From contig OY970368.1 of the NCBI GenBank assembly GCA_963718615.1, positions 1,280,001 to 1,344,000 of the forward strand: a DNA stretch of 64,000 bases, read 5' to 3'. Below are positions 10,646-22,112 of this stretch, piece by piece; within the stretch, counting starts at the first letter, position 1; the number at the start of each line of letters is the position of its first letter. The position numbers and the translations under genes were made by a program. This DNA comes from an uncultured cyanobacterium (lineage in GTDB: Bacteria > Cyanobacteriota > Cyanobacteriia > PCC-9006 > JAAUQQ01). The notes beneath the pieces were generated by a model that was not told the origin of the DNA, searched no databases, and was given only the letters and a program-made list of their open reading frames with translations.

Positions 10646-11617
10646 ATGGAAGTTTTGCCAGAAGCGAGCCCGACCGTCAAGTCATCGAAAATTCTTAGAC
10701 TATTGCCGGTGCTCCTAGCAGGGATATTGCTTGCGTTCACCTATCACTGGCTGAGCCATGAATTGACGGCCCATTCTCTGGCGCAAATTTGGCAAAGCTT
10801 TCGCAGTATTCCCCAATCTTCAATATTACTGGCCCTCAGTTTAACCTTGCTCAACTATGGGGTTTTGAGTGGTTACGATACGCTGGCCGTTCGCTATGCC
10901 CGTCGTCCGTTAACCTATGGGAGAACGGCATTGGTGGCCATGATTGGCTATGCCTTTAGCAATAATTTTGGGTTTACAGTGTTAAGTGGTGGGGCTATTC
11001 GCTATCGCTTTTATCGACGCTGGGGATTATCTGTGGGGGCGATCGCCCAAACCATTTTGTTTTGCAATCTTAGCTTTTGGGTCGGTCTGTTGACCCTCGG
11101 GGGGGCATTGTTTCTCTGGGATCCGTTTTCCGTGGCAGTTTTGTTGCGTCTACCCCTAGAGACGGTGCGGTCCTTGGGGGGATGTTTTCTCAGCCTTGTC
11201 CTCGCTTACCTCGGCTGGTGTTTGCTGAGTGTTCGGCCATTACGTTTGCGGCAATGGGTTTTGCCCCCCTTATCCTTGCGGTTGGCATTGGGACAAATGG
11301 GGGTCACTCTAGCGGATTGGATGATTGTGGCAGCGGTGCTTTATGTTTTGTTGCCGGGGACACTTTTGCCCTCCTATCCGTCTTTTTTAGGCATTTACTC
11401 CTTGGCTAAAGTGGCTGCGGTGATGAGCCATGTGCCAGGAGGGTTGGGAGTATTTGAGACGGTGGTGCTGAGCGCGATCGCGCCCCCCGCCCAAGCGATG
11501 CCGAAGGTTTTAAGTGTGTTTTTGGCCTACCGGGGGATTTACTATTTGTTGCCGTTGGCGATCGCCATCTTAGTCTGGACCAGTTACGAACTCAAGCTGG
11601 GCAAACCTGAAAAATAA
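10646..11617 (+). CDS. Lysylphosphatidylglycerol synthase TM (MprF flippase-like/UPF0104) domain protein
   Basis: GYDTLA, GGAIRYRFY, SHVPGGLGVFE, AYRGIYYLLP. Confidence 0.85.
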   Translation: MEVLPEASPTVKSSKILRLLPVLLAGILLAFTYHWLSHELTAHSLAQIWQSFRSIPQSSILLALSLTLLNYGVLSGYDTLAVRYARRPLTYGRTALVAMIGYAFSNNFGFTVLSGGAIRYRFYRRWGLSVGAIAQTILFCNLSFWVGLLTLGGALFLWDPFSVAVLLRLPLETVRSLGGCFLSLVLAYLGWCLLSVRPLRLRQWVLPPLSLRLALGQMGVTLADWMIVAAVLYVLLPGTLLPSYPSFLGIYSLAKVAAVMSHVPGGLGVFETVVLSAIAPPAQAMPKVLSVFLAYRGIYYLLPLAIAILVWTSYELKLGKPEK

Positions 11618-11755
11618 GCAATAAACCTGCAAAATCTAGACTAAAATCCCACAAACCCGACAGCAGATCTATCTTTATGAGGAAGTGAAACTATTGCAAG
11701 ATCTCTATAGTAAGACAGATCCTTTGAGTCATCTTAGTTTCTTCAAGATTTTCCT

Positions 11756-12841
11756 ATGTTGCACCTCTTCCAAGACAGTCTTGCGCTTCAGCTTGGCTTG
11801 GTTGTGGGGATAACGCTTGTAGTCATCGGTTTATTTGGACAGCTCAGCGCTATTTTACTCAACTTTGGTATCAAGGCGTTAGCCGCCCCGGAGCTAAATC
11901 GGTTTTATCGGAAGGTCATTGAACCTCGGCGATCGCTTCTCGGAATCGTCATTTCCCTAGGAGTTTTTGATGTCACCCTGTGGCTGTTTTTCCAGCGTTT
12001 CTTGCAGGTTCCCTGGTACAGCAGGATTGAAATTCCAGCAACGCTGACCTTTACCGTGGCGTTGGGCTGGCTAATGTCTCGGTTATTTAAAGAATATTTT
12101 GGGAGTTACTTGTTAGATGCCGCTGCCACGGGGGGGCGAAAAGTTAATAGCGAGTTTTTAGTTCTCGCTAAATTTTTAGCTAATTTCACAATTTTGGTGA
12201 TTCTCGTAATCCTCTTTGGCCAAACCCATAATTTTAATATATTTGGAGTGTTTGCCAGTTTGGGTGTGGGAGGAATTGCAATCGCCTTCTCCGCACAAAA
12301 AGTCCTAGAGCAGTTACTCGGTGGCATTGTTATTTATATCGATCGTCCCTTTAGTATCGATGATTATATTGGTTTGCCGGACGGAACCTATGGACGAGTC
12401 GAGTCCATTGGTCTACGATCAACAAAGGTTCGGACTTCGGGAAAAGGTACGCTGGCGATCGTTCCCAACAATGCAATCATTCAATCGACGGTGGAGAACT
12501 TTACGGGCGCGAAAAAAGTCATGGTACTGCTTTACCTGAATTTTAATCGTGTCATCTCGGCAGATGAAGAAGCCCTAATCCGCCAAGTTGTTTTGGATAG
12601 CACTCAAGATGTTTTCGGCTTAGATTCTCGCAACACTGACATTGTTTTCAAGAAAAATCTTCAGGGAATGCAGGCCCAGATTACATTTTTTATTTTGGGC
12701 TCTGGGGCTGTTTCAATGAAAATTCGACGTCAACTGCTGAATATTGCTAATCACAATCTGACGCAGCAGCTAAGAACCTACGGCATTGTTTTTGAAATCG
12801 AAGCGCCCACAGTTTATGTGGATTCTCCCATTACGATCTAG
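11756..12841 (+). CDS. MscS family mechanosensitive channel
   Basis: GIAIAFSAQ, DRPFSIDDYI, GRVESIGLRSTKVRT, IVPN. Confidence 0.92.
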   Translation: MLHLFQDSLALQLGLVVGITLVVIGLFGQLSAILLNFGIKALAAPELNRFYRKVIEPRRSLLGIVISLGVFDVTLWLFFQRFLQVPWYSRIEIPATLTFTVALGWLMSRLFKEYFGSYLLDAAATGGRKVNSEFLVLAKFLANFTILVILVILFGQTHNFNIFGVFASLGVGGIAIAFSAQKVLEQLLGGIVIYIDRPFSIDDYIGLPDGTYGRVESIGLRSTKVRTSGKGTLAIVPNNAIIQSTVENFTGAKKVMVLLYLNFNRVISADEEALIRQVVLDSTQDVFGLDSRNTDIVFKKNLQGMQAQITFFILGSGAVSMKIRRQLLNIANHNLTQQLRTYGIVFEIEAPTVYVDSPITI

Positions 12842-12849
12842 GAAAGTGG

Positions 12850-14040
12850 ATGAATATTGCTGAAGTTTTTCAGGGATTAGAGATTTATCTACCCCGCATC
12901 TTAGAAGTTCCGAAGCTCATCATTTTTGTCTGCTCTATTTTGCTTTCTACTATTGTAGGTCGCTACACACCGGGATTAGTCTGGCTAATCGTCCATCGCC
13001 TTGCTCAAGACTCTGTAGCGATTCTCTATGACCGTCTGGTTCAGCCCATTCGAGGGAGTTTTCAGACCGCTGGAACACTAACTTTAATCTCACTTTCTTT
13101 GGTTTGGCTACAGGCGGACTATCTGAGTCTATATGCCTTTCTCAAACCTTTTGTAGATTTGGGGGTGATTGTTTCTGTTGCTTGGCTAAGCTCTCGTATT
13201 TTTCGTCAGGTTTTGCGTTTCTATGGCATTGAACTGTTGCGACGATTAGGGAGAGAGGTGAATGAATTATTGCTAGTCATTGAAACTTTAGTCAATGTTT
13301 TGATTGGGTTTATAGCAGTTTTGGCCTTTGCTCAGAGTCAAAATTTTAATTTGATTGGTTTGATGGCAAGCTTGGGGTTGGGAGGGTTGGCGATCGCCTT
13401 TGCCGCCCAAAAAATTCTTGAGCAGCTTTTGAGTACGATTGTGCTGTATCTCGATCGCCCATTTGTGCCTGGGGACTATATTCGAGTCAGTCTCAATCCC
13501 CATAAATTGGATGTCTATGGTCGGGTGGAGTCCATTGGTTTGCGCTCGACAAAGCTACGAACATCTGGAAAGAGTACCTTGGTGATTATTCCCAATAATA
13601 CTCTAGCAAATCTGGACATTGAAAATGTGACCCGTGGTAAGAAGGTCATGGTGATGCTGTATTTAGATTTTTTAGCTCCGCTCAAGGTTCAAGATGCGGC
13701 TTTGGTGCAGCAAGTGATTACTGAAAGTACAGAATCTCTGTTAGGCATTGATCCTGGCAGTACTAGTATCAGTTTGCTGACGGAGGAAGGCCAAGGGAAT
13801 GGTCAAGGCAATGTTCAAGGCAATGTTCAAGGCAATGGTCAGGCTCCGGCTCCACCGATATTGCCCCGACGGGCAAGGGTAACGTTTTTTATTTTAGGAT
13901 CGAGTGAGGATTCAATTCAGTTGCGTAAGCGACTTTTGGAGCTAGCGAGTAGCAAAATCGCGAAGCGCCTTAATGTTCACGGGATTGAGTTTACGATGCA
14001 GGAGCCAACAATTTATGTAGAATCTCCTGTCACGCTTTAG
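12850..14040 (+). CDS. MscS family mechanosensitive channel (tandem paralogue)
   Basis: GLAIAFAAQ, DRPFVPGDYI, GRVESIGLRST; QGNV/QGNG 12-bp repeats at 13789-13842. Confidence 0.92.
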   Translation: MNIAEVFQGLEIYLPRILEVPKLIIFVCSILLSTIVGRYTPGLVWLIVHRLAQDSVAILYDRLVQPIRGSFQTAGTLTLISLSLVWLQADYLSLYAFLKPFVDLGVIVSVAWLSSRIFRQVLRFYGIELLRRLGREVNELLLVIETLVNVLIGFIAVLAFAQSQNFNLIGLMASLGLGGLAIAFAAQKILEQLLSTIVLYLDRPFVPGDYIRVSLNPHKLDVYGRVESIGLRSTKLRTSGKSTLVIIPNNTLANLDIENVTRGKKVMVMLYLDFLAPLKVQDAALVQQVITESTESLLGIDPGSTSISLLTEEGQGNGQGNVQGNVQGNGQAPAPPILPRRARVTFFILGSSEDSIQLRKRLLELASSKIAKRLNVHGIEFTMQEPTIYVESPVTL

Positions 14041-14108
14041 GGACAAAATAACTTGATCACCTCAACCCTCACCTGAATCCTTTCCTCAGATTCAGCGCTT
14101 AACGGAGG

Positions 14109-14618
14109 TTAAGGCTCACCCAGAAAATCCCGTTTCCCGACTTCTACTCCATCGTGTCTAAGGATGTCATAGGCCGTCGTCATATGGAAGTAGACATTCG
14201 GCAAGACAAAGCCCGATAAAAAAGGCCATCCCTGCATCGTGATGCTTTCTCCGCCACCGATCGGGACAGAAACTTCCTTCTCTTCGGTACCGTCAATCTG
14301 CTCGGCGGTGAAGGTCTGCAAATAGGCAACACTTTTCTCAAGGCGATCGATCAACTCAGGAAACGTTGTTTCTGTATCCGCGATGGAGGGAGCGTCTAAG
14401 CCTGCGAGCCTCGCCATGCCGCGTCTAGAGACATCGGAGGCAATCTGGATCTGTTTGGCAAGGGGAAACATATCGGGATACAAACGGCTGTTGACCAACA
14501 CCGTTGGATCAATGCCTTTGGCGACTGCGTGGGCTTCTCCTTTTTTGAGGATTGCAATGAGGTTGTTGAGCGTGCGGCTCAGGATGGGAATAGAAGCTTG
14601 ATACATCGAAAGGGTCAT
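14109..14618 (-). CDS. DUF1993 family protein
   Basis: MTLSMYQASIP...RLYPDMFPLAKQIQIASD...LPNVYFHMTTAYDILRH.GVEVGKRDF. Confidence 0.9.
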   Translation of the reverse strand: MTLSMYQASIPILSRTLNNLIAILKKGEAHAVAKGIDPTVLVNSRLYPDMFPLAKQIQIASDVSRRGMARLAGLDAPSIADTETTFPELIDRLEKSVAYLQTFTAEQIDGTEEKEVSVPIGGGESITMQGWPFLSGFVLPNVYFHMTTAYDILRHDGVEVGKRDFLGEP

Positions 14619-14753
14619 GGTGACTTCTCCTAAATCATTAGAGATTGGGTGGCGATGGGGCGATCGCCCCAAGTTTTGGTAACGCCCATTAGAGCAGCTT
14701 ACAGGGGCGATCGCCCTCAACCCAACAAATCTCTAAAACAAATCTCTAAAAGA

Positions 14754-17700
14754 CTAAGCACTAAAATACTTTGCCACCGGGTGATAGGTAATGATTGCCG
14801 TCGTTGATTCCTCGGGATACAATTGCTCACTTTCATCCATTGTCATACCGATGCGCTCAGCCCCCAAAATCTGCAACTGCTGCGCCTGATCCGCCACCCT
14901 CGGACAAGCCGGATAGCCAAAACTATAGCGGCTTCCCTGGTATCGCTGGGCCAACATATCGCGGATATTATCCGGCTCCAGATCGCCGTATCCCAGCTCC
15001 TGACGAATGCGAGCATGGCACCACTCCGCCATCGCCTCGGCCATCTGCACCGCAAGGCCGTGGAAATAGAGATAGTCCTTATACTGGTTCTCCGCAAACA
15101 GTTGCCGTGCATAGTCCGCCGAAATCTGACCGACCGTCACCGCCTGCATCGGAAACACATCAAACTGACGATCTTGTTGTACGAGATCCAGCGGTCTGAA
15201 GAAATCCGCAATACAAAGCCGTCGCATCGACTTCTGACGCGGGAATTCCCACGTAAACAACGGTTTAGGAAACGCCTCTTCCTGCCCGTCTTCCTGCCTT
15301 ACGGACGAACCGCCAGCCGTCCTCCCCGCCTCGGCCATCACCGCCGGGTCATAGACATGCACCGAATTGCCCTCCGCCGCGCAGGGGAAATAGCCATAGA
15401 CCAGTTGAGGATGCAAGAGATTCTCAGCCTTGATCTTTTGCTTCCATTCCTCCAGGACTGGATAAACCTTCTCCGCCAGGAATACATCGTACTCTTCTCG
15501 GCTTTGGTCCTTGGGCTTGCGGAATTGCCACTGCCCCGCAATCAGCGCTTGCAGATCCAGATGCCAATACAATTCCTCTAGGTCAAAGTCCTCGGGCATC
15601 AACACCTTCGCGCCCCAGAACGGTGGCACTGGTCGGGGAATATCAATCTCTACGGCTTCGGAACGATGGGTGTCAATGACCTCTGGCTCTTGCTTCTCCG
15701 GTTTCGGTGGACCCTTTAATTCTGCTTCTGCTTGCTCGATCGCCTGCCGACCCTTCTGGTTGTACTGGGCAAACTCTCCGATAAATCCCTCGCCATCCCC
15801 CCAAGCCTGCTCTCGCTTCGCAGGCATGAGTCGGTCCATAAACGTCAAGTCAGCAAAGGCATCCTTTCCATAAATGACCTGGCCGTTATAGGTCTCTTGA
15901 CAATCACCATAGACAAACTTAGGAGTCAGTGCCGCACCGCCTAAAATCACCGGCACCGTAATCCCTTTTTGGTTAAAGACCGCTAGGTTTTCCTTCATGA
16001 AGGCCGTCGACTTTACGAGCAATCCGCTCATGGCGATACAGTCAGGCTTGTGCTGCTCGTAAGCCTCAACAATGGCATCAACGGTTTGCTTAATCCCCAG
16101 GTTAATGACCTTATAGCCGTTGTTGGTGAGGATGATATCGACTAGGTTTTTGCCAATATCATGGACATCTCCCTTGACCGTCGCAATCAGGAATTTACCC
16201 TTCCCGGAATCGTCCTGCCCCTCAATTTTCTCCATAAACGGTTCGAGGAATGCCACCGCAAACTTCATCGTCTCTGCGGACTGCAAGACAAAGGGCAATT
16301 GCATTTGTCCCGAACCAAACAGCTCACCCACGACTTTCATGCCATCAAGCAAGAAGGTGTTGATGATTTGCAGCGGTGGATACTGCTCTAACGCCAGCTT
16401 GAGTGCATCTTCTAAGCCAATGCGTTCGCCATCAATAATGTGCTGTTTGAGCCGTTCTTCGATGGGTAAATCCGCCAGCGAAGCCGAAGACCGGGCATCT
16501 TTGGTACTCACCCCTTCAAATAGTGTCGTGAGTTGTGTCAGGGGATCATAGGCGCAAATATCGTTCTCAAAGCGTCGATTGTCGTAGATCAAATCCCGAC
16601 AAACCTGCTGATGTTCTGGCGCAATTTTACTCAAAGGCAAAATCTTTGCAGCGGAGACGATCGCCCCATCCATGCCCACCTGCATCGCCTCATGCAGAAA
16701 CATCGAATTGAGCGTAATCCGCGCCGCTGGACTCAAACCAAAGGAAATATTGGAAACTCCCAACATGAAGTGAACACCCGGAAGATGTTCCTTGATCCTG
16801 CGAATCGATTCGATCGTCGCCTTGCCGTTTTCCCGATCCTCTTCAATTCCGGTGGAAATGGGCAGCGCTAGGGTATCAAAAAAGATCTCGTGGGGGGGGA
16901 GACCAAACGCTAAGGCATCGCGGTAGGCCCGTTGGGCGATCGCAAACTTCCGCTCCGCCGATCGAGCCATACCCTCCTCGTCAATGGTTCCAATTACTAC
17001 CCCTGCGCCATAGGTTTTGGCCAGTTCTAGAACCTTAAAAAAGCGCTCATCCCCATCTTCATAGTTGGTCGAGTTGAGGATACATTTCCCCCCAGCCACC
17101 TTCAGCCCCGCTTCCATCTTTTGCCACTCGGTGGAATCGAGCATCAGGGGCAGCGTCACGTTGGTCACTAGGCGAGAGACCAGCTCATGCATGTCCCGTT
17201 CGCCATCCCGTCCAACGTAATCGACGTTGACATCCAGGATGTGGGCTCCTTCCTTGACTTGGGTTTTGGCGATCGCCATCAATCCATCCCAGTCATCTTC
17301 ATTCAGCAACTCCCGCACCTTCTTGGAACCACTGGCATTCAGCCGTTCCCCCACAATCAAAAAGGAATTGTCCTGGTCGTAGGGCTGGGCTGCATAAATC
17401 GATGCCGCTGCCGGGGTGTAATTCAACGCGGGTCGGACGGACGAACTGCTGTTCGTTTCTACAGAAGAACGGATGGGGCGGGGCTTTGGGGTTAATTCCT
17501 GGGCGATTTCCGCCAGGGCTGCAATGTGGTCCGGTCTGGTGCCGCAGCAACCGCCGATCACCTGTACGCCCAAATCCTCCACAAACCGATGCAGGGCAAT
17601 GCGCAATTCCATCGGCGTCAGCTTGTAATGGGCATGACCGCCAACATTCTCCGGCAACCCCGCATTGGGAATACAGGAGACCACAAAGGGCGAGGTCTCC

Positions 17701-18428
17701 GCCAAATACTTGATATGCTCGCTCATCAAATCCGGCCCCGTGGCACAGTTGAGCCCAAGAATATCGATCTTAAACGGCTCCAGAATACTCACCACCGCCG
17801 TAATATCCGAGCCCACCAACATCGTCCCCGTGGTTTCCATCGTCACCGAAACCATGATCGGGCGACGCTCCCCTTTCTGGGCACAAACCGTCTCCACTGC
17901 ATTCAACGCCGCCTTGATTTGCAGCACGTCTTGACAGGTCTCGATGATAAAGAGATCAACCCCGCCGTCGTAAAGCCCTTCGGCCTGGACCGTAAACGCT
18001 GTCAGCAGTTCATCGTAGGTAATATGGCCGAGGGTGGGAAGCTTGGTTCCTGGCCCAATGGACCCGGCCACAAAACGCGGCTTCTCTGGGGTCGAAAACT
18101 CTGCGGTGCAGGACTTGGCGAGCTCCGCTGCCCGCTTGCTAATCTCATAGGCTTGATCCTGGAGGCCATACTCTGCCAACACAAACGTGCTGCTGCCAAA
18201 GGTATCCGTTTCGATCACATCCGCCCCAGCCGCCAAAAAATCCCGGTGAACCTTGGCCACGGCCTCCGGCTTCGTCATAATCAAATACTCATTACAGCCC
18301 TCATACTCAGGTCCACCAAAATCCGCTGCGGTCAAATCCTGGACCTGGAGATTGGTCCCCATGGCACCGTCAAATACCAAAACGGGACGTTCGGGACTGT
18401 GGAGGCGATCGAGGAAAGAACTACGCAT
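14754..18428 (-). CDS. metH: Cobalamin-dependent methionine synthase
   Basis: [49 protein letters not shown]. Confidence 0.98.
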   Translation of the reverse strand: MRSSFLDRLHSPERPVLVFDGAMGTNLQVQDLTAADFGGPEYEGCNEYLIMTKPEAVAKVHRDFLAAGADVIETDTFGSSTFVLAEYGLQDQAYEISKRAAELAKSCTAEFSTPEKPRFVAGSIGPGTKLPTLGHITYDELLTAFTVQAEGLYDGGVDLFIIETCQDVLQIKAALNAVETVCAQKGERRPIMVSVTMETTGTMLVGSDITAVVSILEPFKIDILGLNCATGPDLMSEHIKYLAETSPFVVSCIPNAGLPENVGGHAHYKLTPMELRIALHRFVEDLGVQVIGGCCGTRPDHIAALAEIAQELTPKPRPIRSSVETNSSSSVRPALNYTPAAASIYAAQPYDQDNSFLIVGERLNASGSKKVRELLNEDDWDGLMAIAKTQVKEGAHILDVNVDYVGRDGERDMHELVSRLVTNVTLPLMLDSTEWQKMEAGLKVAGGKCILNSTNYEDGDERFFKVLELAKTYGAGVVIGTIDEEGMARSAERKFAIAQRAYRDALAFGLPPHEIFFDTLALPISTGIEEDRENGKATIESIRRIKEHLPGVHFMLGVSNISFGLSPAARITLNSMFLHEAMQVGMDGAIVSAAKILPLSKIAPEHQQVCRDLIYDNRRFENDICAYDPLTQLTTLFEGVSTKDARSSASLADLPIEERLKQHIIDGERIGLEDALKLALEQYPPLQIINTFLLDGMKVVGELFGSGQMQLPFVLQSAETMKFAVAFLEPFMEKIEGQDDSGKGKFLIATVKGDVHDIGKNLVDIILTNNGYKVINLGIKQTVDAIVEAYEQHKPDCIAMSGLLVKSTAFMKENLAVFNQKGITVPVILGGAALTPKFVYGDCQETYNGQVIYGKDAFADLTFMDRLMPAKREQAWGDGEGFIGEFAQYNQKGRQAIEQAEAELKGPPKPEKQEPEVIDTHRSEAVEIDIPRPVPPFWGAKVLMPEDFDLEELYWHLDLQALIAGQWQFRKPKDQSREEYDVFLAEKVYPVLEEWKQKIKAENLLHPQLVYGYFPCAAEGNSVHVYDPAVMAEAGRTAGGSSVRQEDGQEEAFPKPLFTWEFPRQKSMRRLCIADFFRPLDLVQQDRQFDVFPMQAVTVGQISADYARQLFAENQYKDYLYFHGLAVQMAEAMAEWCHARIRQELGYGDLEPDNIRDMLAQRYQGSRYSFGYPACPRVADQAQQLQILGAERIGMTMDESEQLYPEESTTAIITYHPVAKYFSA

Positions 18429-18700
18429 AGGAACTATCTGGTTAGAAAGACTGGGCTAAAAGATTGAAATTTATCTTCATATCTTACCCATCCTGCCTGA
18501 AATTCCGGGGATTCAGGTGTAAACAGACGCAAACTTTAAGGGAAGGGAAGGAAAATAGTGGGGCGATCGCCTCCTCCCAAAGTGCCCATCAACACCACAG
18601 CTCCGCAGGTGTTACCCCGCGAAGCTGGACTATGGAGCGATTTTGGTTAGCCCCTCAATGTAAGTTGCCTTTATCTAAGTTGCCTGCATCAGACCATGCG

Positions 18701-19213
18701 TTATTGAGCCACGACATCAATGATGGCGTTTTTCACTTGCTGCTTGATCTGCTGCTCCTTTTGGGCAACGGTTGCGCCCGACTGTCCCAAATCCTGTGCC
18801 CAATTTGATTGTTTTTGTTCAAAGGGGTGAGGTGTTAGGGTTTCGCCCTTAGCGAGGGTTTGTTTATACCAATCTGTAAATTGGCTGGCACGGGTTTTTA
18901 GGGTGGTGTAGCGATCGCCATAGCGCTCCGGCATTGCTTGCTTTTTCTGCTGCAAGTAAGCCGTAAATTTAACCCGCAGGGCTTGGAAAACCGATTTCCA
19001 GAAGGGCGTGGCGGTTTCCGTTTCCGCTGTAGGCGTTTCTAGCTCCAGCACTTCCGTCAGCGTACCTTTCGAAATACTCCAAACTTCGCTGGAACCGGCT
19101 TTGGTTTCCTTCAGGGCTTCAGAGAAAGCCGCTTGGAAAATGGACTGGATGCGCTTGGCTCGGGTTTGAGCAATGGTTTTGGCCTGGTGAAAACCCACTT
19201 GATGATCAGACAT
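18701..19213 (-). CDS. Hypothetical coiled-coil protein
   Basis: 170-aa ORF with GGAGG RBS, co-oriented with the DUF1232 gene. Confidence 0.7.
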   Translation of the reverse strand: MSDHQVGFHQAKTIAQTRAKRIQSIFQAAFSEALKETKAGSSEVWSISKGTLTEVLELETPTAETETATPFWKSVFQALRVKFTAYLQQKKQAMPERYGDRYTTLKTRASQFTDWYKQTLAKGETLTPHPFEQKQSNWAQDLGQSGATVAQKEQQIKQQVKNAIIDVVAQ

Positions 19214-19259
19214 GGAGATGCCTCCGAAGGAGTAGAGTGTACTTTAGGGTTTGGGAATG

Positions 19260-19316
19260 AGGTCGGTGCGTAGGTCGGCGCGTAGGTCGGTGCGTCAATC
19301 GGCGCGTAAATCGGCG
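19260..19316. repeat. Imperfect 12-bp tandem repeat (AGGTCGGYGCGT) x~5
   Basis: Read directly from sequence. Confidence 0.8.
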
Positions 19317-19329
19317 TGAATGAATTTGC

Positions 19330-19608
19330 CTAAACGCTTTCAGCGACGCTTTCAGTAGTGTTTTGCATGGTTTCGGTGTCTTTGCCCTTGCGCTGGCGCT
19401 GTTCGAGCAGGAGCTGAGACACTTCCGTCACCAACAGCGTCGCAATCAAGCCATCGTCAATCCAGCCCACAAAGGGAACGAAGTCTGTAATCAAATCCAC
19501 CGGACTGAAGAGGTAGGCGACGCTGCCTAGAATGGCAATCCAACGATATTTGGGGTGCTTCAAAACCGAACGATAAACGGTGTACAGGGGCTGGAGAATG
19601 GCCTTCAT
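19330..19608 (-). CDS. YkvA/DUF1232 family membrane protein
   Basis: AYLFSPVDLITDFVPFVGWIDD motif. Confidence 0.9.
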   Translation of the reverse strand: MKAILQPLYTVYRSVLKHPKYRWIAILGSVAYLFSPVDLITDFVPFVGWIDDGLIATLLVTEVSQLLLEQRQRKGKDTETMQNTTESVAESV

Positions 19609-19692
19609 GGTGGTTGGTGTTCCGCGTCGATAGCCCTATGATGGCGAAGTTGTTCTCTCGCTGCGAGTGGGGCTTTCCCCTGAAAAAGAGGA

Positions 19693-19719
19693 GAAAACCC
19701 TATAGGGGGTAGGGTTTTC
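19693..19719. terminator. Hairpin GAAAACCCTA...TAGGGTTTTC downstream of leuA
   Basis: 10-bp perfect inverted repeat just after the leuA stop. Confidence 0.5.
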
Positions 19720-19735
19720 GCGCTTTTAAGTTCGG

Positions 19736-21499
19736 TTAATGCGATCGGGTGAGTTCAGCCGTCGCCTGCGCCGGTACCGGATTTTTCAGAACGGCTTGGC
19801 ATAGCCGATTGACGCCGCTAATGACGGCCAAGAGCGAGGCGGTGACGATGCTGGAATGGATGCCGACGCCATATACCGATGGGCTAGATGGGCCAGGGTG
19901 ACGATCGCCCCTCAGCTCAATAAACGCCACGGCCTGGGCTTCACTGCCGGAGGTGAGCGATCGCTCCTCAAAGGATTTCACTTGAATTTGGCCCAGGCTT
20001 TCCAAACTGCCACCGAGGTAGACCAATTGTTCATTCAGCGCCGTCACAAAGGCTTCAATCGGCCCCCCATTACCCAAATGGGTGCAAGTCATTGGCATTT
20101 GATTCACCAACAGATCCACCGTCGTTTCTTGCAACCCGCAGAAAAGCAACCGGTGTTGCAAGTACTGCAAGGGGGTCGTCGTCTGTAAATAGGTTTGCTC
20201 AAACAACTGCCAAAGGGTAGCAGCGGTCATTTCCCCTCGCTGCGGACCAGACCCATCCAGCACTTGCTGAACCACCTGGCCAAACTCGACCTGCAAGGGT
20301 CGTGGCATCACCAAGCCATAGTCCCGCTCCAGCAAGAAGGCGATTCCGCCCTTACCAGACTGGCTGTTCACCCGCACCACAGATTCGTAGGTTCGCCCCA
20401 CATCTGCCGGGTCTAGGGGCAAGTAAGGGACTTCCCAGGGGGCGTCGGGGGCTTGCACCGCCAAACCTTTTTTGATGGCGTCCTGGTGGGAACCGGAAAA
20501 GGCGGTGTAAACCAGCTCTCCCACGTAGGGATGGCGGGGGTGGATCGGCAATTGGGTGCAGTCTTGGACGAGGGCGGCGATCGCATCTATCTGAGAAAAA
20601 TCCAACCCTGGGTAGATGCCTTGGGTATATAAATTCATTGCTAACGTGACGAGATCCACATTGCCCGTGCGCTCGCCGTTGCCAAACAAACAGCCCTCAA
20701 CCCGCTCAGCCCCAGCCATTTGAGCCAGTTCCGCCGCCGCCACGCTGGTTCCCCGATCATGGTGGTTGTGAACGCTCAAAACCACGCTATCCCGTCGGGT
20801 CAGGTGTCGATGCATCCACTCCACTTGGTCGGCAAAAACATTCGGGGTTGAAACTTCAACGCTTGCCGGCAGATTAATAATGGCCTTCTGCGCTGGCGTG
20901 GGTTGCCAGATATCCAGAACGGCGTCGCAGATCTCCTTAGCAAAGTCAAGCTCAGTCGCCGTAAAGGTTTCGGGTGAATACTGGAAGGTCCAATCGGTTT
21001 CCGGGCATGCCGCTGCCAGCGCTCTCATCCATTGGGCCGCTTGGGTCGCTAGGGCGATGGTTTGAGCCTGATCAGCGTTAAAGACAATACGGCGAAAATT
21101 AGGGGCAGTGGCATTGTATACATGAACGATCGCCCGCTTCACCCCTCGCAAGGCCTCAAACGTCCGTCGGATCAACGGTTCTCGCGATTGAGTCAACACC
21201 TGAATCGTCACATCCTCAGGAATCAGCGCCTGGTCAATCAAATGGCGAACAAAGTCGAATTCCGTTTGTGAGGCGGCGGGGAAACCCACTTCGATTTGCT
21301 TGAAACCGATCTGGGTGAGGCATTGGAAAAACCGCAGTTTGCGATCGCGATCCATCGGTTCGGCCAGAGCCTGATTGCCATCCCGGAGGTCGGTGCTGAG
21401 CCAGAGGGGAGGCTGGGTGATGACTTGATTGGGCCAGGTGCGATCGGGCAAGTTCACAGGCACAAAGGCTTGATATCTACGGGCAGGGGTCTTCAACAT
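19736..21499 (-). CDS. leuA: 2-isopropylmalate synthase (yeast/actinobacterial LeuA type)
   Basis: PDRTWP...[49 protein letters not shown]. Confidence 0.95.
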   Translation of the reverse strand: MLKTPARRYQAFVPVNLPDRTWPNQVITQPPLWLSTDLRDGNQALAEPMDRDRKLRFFQCLTQIGFKQIEVGFPAASQTEFDFVRHLIDQALIPEDVTIQVLTQSREPLIRRTFEALRGVKRAIVHVYNATAPNFRRIVFNADQAQTIALATQAAQWMRALAAACPETDWTFQYSPETFTATELDFAKEICDAVLDIWQPTPAQKAIINLPASVEVSTPNVFADQVEWMHRHLTRRDSVVLSVHNHHDRGTSVAAAELAQMAGAERVEGCLFGNGERTGNVDLVTLAMNLYTQGIYPGLDFSQIDAIAALVQDCTQLPIHPRHPYVGELVYTAFSGSHQDAIKKGLAVQAPDAPWEVPYLPLDPADVGRTYESVVRVNSQSGKGGIAFLLERDYGLVMPRPLQVEFGQVVQQVLDGSGPQRGEMTAATLWQLFEQTYLQTTTPLQYLQHRLLFCGLQETTVDLLVNQMPMTCTHLGNGGPIEAFVTALNEQLVYLGGSLESLGQIQVKSFEERSLTSGSEAQAVAFIELRGDRHPGPSSPSVYGVGIHSSIVTASLLAVISGVNRLCQAVLKNPVPAQATAELTRSH

Positions 21500-21714
21500 C
21501 GTTCTCTCCAAAATTTCTCAAGGCGATAAAGGCGGGTCGGCTGGGTGTAGCGAAAATCATGGGGGCTGCCAGGATAGCCAGTTTGAACCTGACAACCCAC
21601 GGGCAGTCCCAGCAAAGCTGCCAGCAAAAGATGGCCTTGCATGGAAAACTCCAAAATAATGAAGGTTGAAAAAAGTCTTGAAAAAGTCTTGGCCCGGTTA
21701 AGGGTGTGATGAAA

Positions 21715-21801
21715 TTATTTTTGCCCAACGGGCAGCAGCAGCATCCGGCCTAAATCAAGGCTGGAGGGAAGCGATCGCGGTTGCTGCGGTTGAATCGACA
21801 T
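21715..21801 (-). promoter_or_regulatory. Candidate leuA leader peptide MSIQPQQPRSLPSSLDLGRMLLLPVGQK
   Basis: 28-codon ORF with 6 Leu codons including CTG CTG CTG, ~215 nt upstream of leuA; hairpin at 21563-21598. Confidence 0.55.
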
Positions 21802-22112
21802 CACAAGTCGCCGAAACGAAATAACAAACGAGTGGAATCAGCCTGTAGGGGAAATGGATCCTACAACTTTCCCATGCTAACCACAAATCATTAAATCGGT
21901 CAACCCCATTTTTGACGGAATTTTTATCATGAAATGGCCACGAAAAATAGCCAAGAATAGTTCTCCTGTTCTAAAAAATGACCTTAAGTCAGGAATTACA
22001 GTTTTTTTGATGCAGAAGTCTAGACAGTATTGCACGTTGCACATACAATCTGTAGCAAAATCAGTAAAGTTGTTAAAGCAACCCGTTTAAGTTGGTTGCG
22101 CACATTAGTACT

